Origin: an uncultured Gammaproteobacteria bacterium
GTDB taxonomy: Bacteria; Patescibacteriota; Microgenomatia; UBA8517
Direction: 5' to 3'
Assembly (NCBI GenBank): GCA_964645605.1
Contig: CAZYCE010000004.1
Location: 3,934 to 67,933, forward strand
Length of the DNA: 64,000 nucleotides
Both the position numbers and the translations under genes were made by a program. Under the pieces are notes generated by a model. That model had not been told where the DNA came from. It ran no database searches and saw nothing but the letters and a program-made list of their open reading frames with translations. Below are positions 57,538-64,000 of the stretch, piece by piece (positions within the stretch are counted from its first letter, which is position 1; each line of letters starts with the position of its first letter).

Positions 57538-58323
57538 CTACTTCAATAACTTACTTTGAAAAACTTTCAAAGGAAAAATTATCACTGCTCTAAAGATCCG
57601 ACCTATGCGCATGGGCTCAGTTAAACCTCTCCAAAGCCACTCAAGACCGGCCTGGGACATCCATTTGGGAGGAAGCTTGGAATTGCCTGCAATATAACGG
57701 AAAGTGCCCCCTACGGCCATTGCGCCGCCCACATTGAGCCTTGAGAGGTTCTTTTCAATCCAAATCTCCTGTTTGGGGTTGCCGAAAGCCACAAAAAGGA
57801 GTTGGGGATTAAATTTATTAATTTGATCGATAACTTCCTTTTCCAACTTTCTATCATTTTCCGATACCGGATTACCTTCTTTGTCGAGAGTTGGGCCCCT
57901 TGCGCTTTCAATTTTCAATGCACAATTTTTATTTTTCATCGAATTTTCAATTTTCAGTTTTGCAAGTTTTGCTTCTTCTCCCAATCCTCCAAGCAAAAAC
58001 ACCTTCCAATGTCTTCTATTACTCAGTTTGACAAGTTCCCCAAAAAACTCTCTGCCTTTAATAATCCGAAGTGAAGGAATGGCAACTTTAAGTCCTATAC
58101 CGTCCGGAATTGAAATGGCGGCATTATCAAGGGCTTTTTTGAGCTTTTTATTAGTTTGGGCCATTAAAATGAGCTCAGGGTTGGGAGTAACTATATAAAA
58201 TCGTTGATTATGGGATAAAAGGTACTCCACTCGTGTTAGCAGTGACGCGACCGATGTGCTATTTACATTAATTTCCATGATTTTGCCGAATTCATGGGAT
58301 TTGTCATTTATTTTTCTGTTCAT
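57538..58323 (-). CDS. WecB/TagA/CpsF glycosyltransferase
   Basis: VTPNPE, PDG.G, FG.PKQE.W, VGG.F, GLEWLWR. Confidence 0.93.
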   Translation of the reverse strand: MNRKINDKSHEFGKIMEINVNSTSVASLLTRVEYLLSHNQRFYIVTPNPELILMAQTNKKLKKALDNAAISIPDGIGLKVAIPSLRIIKGREFFGELVKLSNRRHWKVFLLGGLGEEAKLAKLKIENSMKNKNCALKIESARGPTLDKEGNPVSENDRKLEKEVIDQINKFNPQLLFVAFGNPKQEIWIEKNLSRLNVGGAMAVGGTFRYIAGNSKLPPKWMSQAGLEWLWRGLTEPMRIGRIFRAVIIFPLKVFQSKLLK

Positions 58324-58722
58324 TTTTACGTAAAAAGACTTCTACTTTTTCCTATAATTATTCAGACAATTTAGATTTGCCTCACTTTTTCCGCAGACGA
58401 TTTATCCTATATTTAGTTATGGTATTTTACTTTAGTTTTGTAAATTTTTATAAATACTACAGGTGTACTGCAAGGCTTTTCGATAACTCTTATTTGGTTC
58501 GATTGTGCATATTTATTATCCAATATCCAGCCTACTCGTACCACCACTTATCCTCAATCGGCCAACAATTTATTTTACTTTTTGATTTCAATACTAACGG
58601 GTATATTTTCCAGCTCAATTTTATCTATAAAAAATATTTTTCAAATTAATATTCAATAAGAATTCCTATACCCTATAAAGTGCGAATGGTCTATTTATTT
58701 ATATTACCCTATAATAAACAAG

Positions 58723-59730
58723 CTATCCCTTTGTCGTAACGCTTCTTTTCCAAAGTTCAATATTTTCCAATACTAATCCGGTACCCCTAACTACGCAAAG
58801 TAACGGCTCGTCCGCAACATGTGCAGGGACACCGGTTTCCTCCGTCATCAGTTTATCAAATCCCCTAAGAAGAGAGCTTCCCCCGCTCATAACGATTCCT
58901 TTATCAATAATGTCAGCCGCCAACTCCGGTGGCGTATCTTCCAAAACAGCTTTTACGGCACCAATTATTTGTGTCAGTATCGGTTTTATGGCCTCTGTCA
59001 CCTCACCCGATGTCAATACCACCGTCCTGGGCAATCCAAAAACCAAATCCCTGCCTGAAATCTCCAATTTCTCAGATTTGACAAGTGGAACTGCCGATCC
59101 TATTTTAAGCTTAATATCTTCCGCCGTTTGATCCCCTATTATCAAATTGTGCTTCTTTTTAAGGAAATTTTGGATTGATTCGTCAATTTTATTACCTGCA
59201 ACACGTACGGATTTATGAATAACTACCCCTCCGAGTGATATAACGGCGGCTTCGGTTGAGCCCCCTCCTATATCTACTATCATGTGCCCGGAAGGGGCGG
59301 AAACGGGGATTTGAGCTCCGATTGCGGCGGCTAGAGGCTCATCTATAAGGTAAGCATGAGACGCTCCGGCGGAGAGTGTGGCGTCAAGCGCAGCCCGTCT
59401 CTCCACCTGAGTACACCCGGCAGGTACGCAAACCATTACATCAGGCTTAAAAAACTGAAAACGCCCGACAACCTTTCCAATAAAGTAGCGAAGCATTGCT
59501 TCCGTGACCTGATAGTCGGCAATAACCCCGTCTCTCATTGGACGGCTGGCGATTAGGGCCTCGGGAGTTCTTCCAAGCATTTGTTTAGCATCCTCTCCCA
59601 CAGCCACAACTTTGCTGTCGTCAGACGAAATAGCCACAACCGTAGGCTCGTTTACAACCAAACCCTCCCCAGCCACCCACACTAATGTATTGGCCGTACC
59701 CAAATCTATAGCTATATTTTTGCGAAGCAT
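58723..59730 (-). CDS. mreB: MreB paralogue
   Basis: IDLGTAN, EPLAAAIG, DIGGG. Confidence 0.93.
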   Translation of the reverse strand: MLRKNIAIDLGTANTLVWVAGEGLVVNEPTVVAISSDDSKVVAVGEDAKQMLGRTPEALIASRPMRDGVIADYQVTEAMLRYFIGKVVGRFQFFKPDVMVCVPAGCTQVERRAALDATLSAGASHAYLIDEPLAAAIGAQIPVSAPSGHMIVDIGGGSTEAAVISLGGVVIHKSVRVAGNKIDESIQNFLKKKHNLIIGDQTAEDIKLKIGSAVPLVKSEKLEISGRDLVFGLPRTVVLTSGEVTEAIKPILTQIIGAVKAVLEDTPPELAADIIDKGIVMSGGSSLLRGFDKLMTEETGVPAHVADEPLLCVVRGTGLVLENIELWKRSVTTKG

Positions 59731-59769
59731 ACGTGAGTAGATTATAATATATCATAGCTAAATTAACAC

Positions 59770-60972
59770 ATGACAAAAGTTAGGGTCATTTTTTTCGTTA
59801 TTACATTAATACTTGTCGGAGGTTTGGGCATATTTGCCACTTTTTATGCCCGAGGCTATAAATTTGATTTAAAAACACTTGCTTTTTTGCCTAATGGCAT
59901 TTTGGTATTAAAGTCCGAGCCTGACGGAGCCTCGGTTTTTATTAACGGCGAGCTCAAAGCGGCCACCAATGCCAACCTTCCCCTTTCCCCCGGAACTTAC
60001 GACATTGAAGTCAAAAAAGACGGATATTTTAGCTGGTACAAAAGGCTGGCCATTGAAAAAGAGATAGTAACTCAAGCAAACGTCTCGCTTTTTAAGACCG
60101 TTCCTTCCCTTTCTCCTGTTACATCCTTTGGCGCAGTCAATCCGGTTATGTCAGAGGACGGATCTAAAATTGTTTTCAGCGTGTTACCTGCCAAAAACCT
60201 GACCGATGACAAAGTTGGTCTTTGGGCACTTGATACATATAGTCTCCCTCTGGGATTTGGTTCCGGACCAAAAAGAATTACCGATGGCGATATGACGAAT
60301 GCTACCTACACTTTCTCACCGGACGGAAGACAACTACTTTTAAAGGTATCAAACGGCATATTTCTGATTGATACCGGATCATTTACTGCTCAAAACCAAA
60401 GAGTAAATATCGCGTCTCAGACGGATGAAATTATCGCCGGATGGAAAACACAGAAGGATAATATCAATAGAAGCCTCATCCAAAATTTGCCTCCGGAACT
60501 TTCCGATGTTCTTTTCAGAAAATCATCCGCTTTTATCTTTTCGCCCGACGACAACATGATTCTCTACTCTGCCAGCTCCTCCGCAACCCTCCCTGATAAT
60601 TTGATCAAACCGCTACCCGGAGCCTCAACTCAAACTCAAGAAAGAGGGATTGTCCCAGGGCACACTTATGTATACGACGTTAAAGAAGATAGAAATTTTC
60701 TTATAACGGACCAGCCTGTAACCATAAATAATGTAGATGACCCTAAAATTCCCGCCCTCAGATGGATGTCCTCAAGCCGTCACTTACTTCTGGCGGGTCC
60801 GACGCAGATTGTAATCGTTGATTATGACGGGACTAATAGACAAACCGTATACTCAGGCTCGTACACAATGCCGTCAGCATTCCCGTTCTCAAACACATCT
60901 AAACTTTTGATCCTGACAAATCTTGGAGCTCCATCTGGAAGTCCCAATCTCTACACACTAACGGTTAAATAA
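59770..60972 (+). CDS. Membrane-anchored PEGA-domain protein with TolB-like repeats
   Basis: TM, S.PDGA.V.ING..L.PG.Y..KKDGY, FSPDG repeats. Confidence 0.85.
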   Translation: MTKVRVIFFVITLILVGGLGIFATFYARGYKFDLKTLAFLPNGILVLKSEPDGASVFINGELKAATNANLPLSPGTYDIEVKKDGYFSWYKRLAIEKEIVTQANVSLFKTVPSLSPVTSFGAVNPVMSEDGSKIVFSVLPAKNLTDDKVGLWALDTYSLPLGFGSGPKRITDGDMTNATYTFSPDGRQLLLKVSNGIFLIDTGSFTAQNQRVNIASQTDEIIAGWKTQKDNINRSLIQNLPPELSDVLFRKSSAFIFSPDDNMILYSASSSATLPDNLIKPLPGASTQTQERGIVPGHTYVYDVKEDRNFLITDQPVTINNVDDPKIPALRWMSSSRHLLLAGPTQIVIVDYDGTNRQTVYSGSYTMPSAFPFSNTSKLLILTNLGAPSGSPNLYTLTVK

Positions 60973-61033
60973 TTCTTTGAATAAAGCATACCAGTCCTAG
61001 TGACGTTTGATGTTTAGTATGTTAACTTTATTT

Positions 61034-61657
61034 GTGGCCAGGAGAATCCCAATAGAAAAAATTAACCTCATAAAAAAACTCAGATCAGAAGGCTGAAGTC
61101 TGCCCGAAATCCATAAGAAACTAGGCTTTGGTTATGGATCAATTTTCAGATATGTCAAAGGTGTACAAATATCTCCAAAATACATAGATAAATGGCGGGG
61201 TAAATGGGGCGGTAGCATTAAAAGAAAAGAAAAATTGGAAGCAGATGCTTGCGAGAAGGCAAAGAAGGAAATTATAAGTCTTAATAGAAAAGAAAAATTG
61301 TTATTTATGACTGCTCTATATTGGGGTGAGGGCGGAAAAGGAGATTTTAATTTTACCAATTCTAATCCTGAAATGATAAAAATTTTTGTAAATGGGCTGA
61401 GAGAAATACTAAAGATTGATCAAAAAGATATAAGGGCGTCTATAAGAATTTATGAGGACTTGGATAGAAATATATTCCTAAATCATTGGTCTAAAATTAC
61501 TGAAATACCAGTTAAAGAATTTGCAAATGTAGATGTGCTAAAAGGCAAGAAGTCGGGAAAACTAGCTTACGGATTATGCAGAATCAGGATTAAAAAGGGC
61601 GGTAATATGCTAAAATACCTCTTAGCCCTAGACAGAAGGGTATCAGAAATTTTCTGA
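61034..61657 (+). pseudogene. HTH plus LAGLIDADG-like endonuclease with one in-frame TGA, directly upstream of tRNA-Arg
   Basis: LRSEG*SLPEI..LG.G.GSI.RY; LYWGEG.K..FTNSNPEMI..F; HWSKIT.IP; YGLCRIRI; TGA at 61094..61096. Confidence 0.75.
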
Positions 61658-61677
61658 AATGTCCCTTAAAGATATCA

Positions 61678-61749
61678 GTCCCTATAGTTCAACGGATAGA
61701 ACAAGGGTTTCCTAAACCCTAAATCCAGGTTCGATTCCCGGTGGGGACA
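61678..61749 (+). tRNA. tRNA-Arg(CCT)
   Basis: Cloverleaf, AGGGT-TTCCTAA-ACCCT, GGTTCGATTCC. Confidence 0.93.
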
Positions 61750-61761
61750 CTGGAAATTAAA

Positions 61762-61833
61762 CGGAGTGTAGTGAATCGGTATCACGCTACGTTCGGGACG
61801 TAGAGACACTGGGTTCAATTCCCAGCACTCCGA
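61762..61833 (+). tRNA. tRNA-Pro(CGG)
   Basis: Cloverleaf, CTACG-TTCGGGA-CGTAG. Confidence 0.93.
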
Positions 61834-61844
61834 CAAAAGTCGGA

Positions 61845-62306
61845 TTATAATTCTTCTTTGGAGTAAATAAGGAGGTCTGTTACGCTGTCGTAGTCAAAAA
61901 TTTCGTCTCCGTTAAAGATAAGTCCCAATTCTTTATCGGCGGATTCCGGAGAATCGGATGCATGAATTATATTTTGTGAGCCGCTCATACCAAAGTCTCC
62001 CCTGATTGAACCTGCCTCAGCCTCTCTTGCTTTAGTAACTCCGACGATCTTCCTGACGGCAGAAATAGCTTCAATCCCCTCCCAAACCATAGCTACAACG
62101 GGAGTCCATTCCATGAAGCTTTTGAGTGTTGCAAAAAACGGTTTGTCTTTGTGATGAGCATACCAATTATCCAGTATTTCGTCAGTTAGCCTGATCATTT
62201 TTATTCCGACAAGTTTGAGGCCTTTTCTCTCAAATCTGTGCATTATCTCTCCCACAAGTCCTCTTTGAAGCCCGTCCGGTTTGATTAAAACTACTGTTCT
62301 TTCCAT
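61845..62306 (-). CDS. ndk: Nucleoside diphosphate kinase
   Basis: IKPDG.QRGL, GSIRGDF, NIIHASDS. Confidence 0.96.
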   Translation of the reverse strand: MERTVVLIKPDGLQRGLVGEIMHRFERKGLKLVGIKMIRLTDEILDNWYAHHKDKPFFATLKSFMEWTPVVAMVWEGIEAISAVRKIVGVTKAREAEAGSIRGDFGMSGSQNIIHASDSPESADKELGLIFNGDEIFDYDSVTDLLIYSKEEL

Positions 62307-62360
62307 TTATTTGATCAATTTTACAACACATTCCTTTTAAAAGAAATGGAGTGCCAAAAA

Positions 62361-63638
62361 TTATTTTATTATTTTTACAAATTTTTCTCCATCTTTAAAA
62401 GGACCAATTATTGCCAGGTTTAAGCGTTCCGGTACAAAAAGCTTTTTAGCTTCAAAATAGATGTCATCGAGAGTAACTTTATCAACTTTTTTACAAATCT
62501 CTTCCGGTGTCAGGACTTTTAATCCGAAAAGCTCCTGTTCGCCAAAAAATCCGCTGACACTTTTGGTGTCTTCCAGAGCTAATGCTAAACTACCCTTCAG
62601 ATAGCCTTTTGCCTTTTCCAATTCTTTTTGGGTAATCGGATATTTTTTGCCAGCAACTCCATAACATTGATCCAAAATAACTTTTATGGCTTCATCGGTC
62701 TTTTGAAGATTAACACCTGCATAAGTTCCCATATACCCCACTTCCTCGTATCTATCCATACTTGTTCTGACTGAATAGGCCAGACCCCTCCTTTCCCTAA
62801 CTTCAATAAACATCCTGGAACTCATTCCGCCACCCAAAATCACAGCAAGGACATTTTGGGCAAATTTACCCTCATAATGCCTCCCCTCACCCGTAAATCC
62901 CATGATTAGGTGCGCCTGTTCGCTCTCTTTAGCTTGAAGTTTAAATTTCGGCTTCGTCTGCGTTGCCTTAAACTGGATATCGGGTTTTGGCTCGGTTGTT
63001 GTTATGTGGGCTTTTCCGAAATATTTTTCTGCAAGCTTTACGGCACTTGCCTCGGAAACCCCTCCCGCTATCGTTACCATCATATTTTCCGGGCAATAAT
63101 GGGCCTTACGATAGTTTACAAAGTCACTTCTAGTAATTGCTTTAACAGTCTTTTCCGTTCCGGCAGTGTCCCAACCGAGAGGATTTCCTTCAAAAATAAG
63201 CTCCTCAAAAATGTCGCCTATATGCATCATCGGAGTATCTTCGTACATTCTGATTTCCTGGATTATAGTTCCTTTTTCTCTTTCAATTTCATCGGACTTC
63301 ATTAGAGGGTTTAAAACCATGTCCGACAGAATATCCGTGGCTGTTTCAAGATTCCCCTTTGCGGATTTAATATAAAAATTCGTCAAATCCTTTGAAGTAC
63401 CTGCATTAAACTCCCCTCCCATAGCATCTACTGCCTGGGAAATTTCCCGCGCACTGGGTCGTTTTTTGCTACCTTTGAAGACAATATGTTCTAAAAAGTG
63501 GCTGATTCCCCCTACTTCAGGGTTTTCATTACGGCTTCCAGTTTTAACCCAAATCGTGACGGTTACAGATTCAAGCGAAGGCATGGGCATGGTCATAAGA
63601 CGAAGTCCTGAACTTAATTTATGAAGTTTGTATTCCAT
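62361..63638 (-). CDS. M16 (pitrilysin) family peptidase
   Basis: HFLEH, NAGTS, GGGMSSR.F.EVRE.RGLAY. Confidence 0.94.
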   Translation of the reverse strand: MEYKLHKLSSGLRLMTMPMPSLESVTVTIWVKTGSRNENPEVGGISHFLEHIVFKGSKKRPSAREISQAVDAMGGEFNAGTSKDLTNFYIKSAKGNLETATDILSDMVLNPLMKSDEIEREKGTIIQEIRMYEDTPMMHIGDIFEELIFEGNPLGWDTAGTEKTVKAITRSDFVNYRKAHYCPENMMVTIAGGVSEASAVKLAEKYFGKAHITTTEPKPDIQFKATQTKPKFKLQAKESEQAHLIMGFTGEGRHYEGKFAQNVLAVILGGGMSSRMFIEVRERRGLAYSVRTSMDRYEEVGYMGTYAGVNLQKTDEAIKVILDQCYGVAGKKYPITQKELEKAKGYLKGSLALALEDTKSVSGFFGEQELFGLKVLTPEEICKKVDKVTLDDIYFEAKKLFVPERLNLAIIGPFKDGEKFVKIIK

Positions 63639-63709
63639 TCGTACCAAAGCATTGTAGTTCAGTTTTGGACAATCTTCAATACCTCGCTTAGAAGTTGTAG
63701 AATGAATTA

Positions 63710-64000
63710 ATGCCGCTAAATCACACCAAAAGATCCCACCGTATAATAAGAAGTTTTGAGGCCGAAGCTCTTAAAAAAAGGCCGTTTATTGTAAAAGTCG
63801 CCGATCTTTTAACGTCCGGGTTTGGGACCGTAACCTTTCTTTTGGGCAATATCATTGTTTACGGAGTTTGGATTTTGATAAATACGGGGAGAGTTCCGGG
63901 TATTCCCGTAATTGACCCTTATCCCTACTCTTTTATGAATTCATTTATCTCAATTGAAGCTATTATCCTCGCCATTATTGTTTTGATGAGTCAAAACCGA
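63710..64000 (+). CDS. DUF1003 membrane protein (runs off the window)
   Basis: Translated by hand: DPYPY..S.EAI.L..IVLMSQNR. Confidence 0.8.
   Translation, partial: MPLNHTKRSHRIIRSFEAEALKKRPFIVKVADLLTSGFGTVTFLLGNIIVYGVWILINTGRVPGIPVIDPYPYSFMNSFISIEAIILAIIVLMSQNR

Noticed and set aside
58330-58720. 90-aa ORF 58377..58649 or a decayed minus-strand gene after mreB
   Set aside because: Very AT-rich with many stops on the minus strand; no motif I can support.
61094-61096. TGA recoding (genetic code 25 or 4)
   Set aside because: TGA terminates intact genes here (folA, rplJ, rpsU, secE) and housekeeping ORFs have no internal TGA; a nonsense mutation is simpler.
1-64000. CRISPR array or cas operon
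   Set aside because: No regularly spaced direct repeats seen; the only Cas2-like sequence is a PaaX-type fragment.

Overview
A 64-kb chromosomal window from a Candidate Phyla Radiation bacterium, most likely Microgenomates/OP11 (Woesebacteria-like). This is inferred from gene content, the mevalonate pathway, orphan-interrupted operons and protein style; genetic code 11. It is mostly housekeeping: cysS, recR-ybaB-dnaX, proS, rseP, frr-tsf-rpsB, a folate/thymidylate cluster, topA, mrdA-mreB, def-fmt, queA, secE-nusG-rplKAJL, a triple ATP-grasp/7TM cluster, a mevalonate/UppS cluster and ndk. It also holds 6 tRNAs, a 6S-like RNA and S2/L10 leaders. The most striking unexplained pattern is that three decayed homing-endonuclease-like genes (one HNH, two LAGLIDADG-like) each end at, or overlap, the 5' end of a co-oriented tRNA gene. 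There is also a covarying ~85-nt structured repeat that occurs intergenically and inserted in frame inside RNase HII, heptamer-periodic repeats inside housekeeping proteins, a RAYT/Y1 transposase remnant with a short inverted motif, and widespread leaderless promoters. Several genes carry single-base homopolymer indels that may be sequencing errors. All calls were made by eye; no database searches were run.
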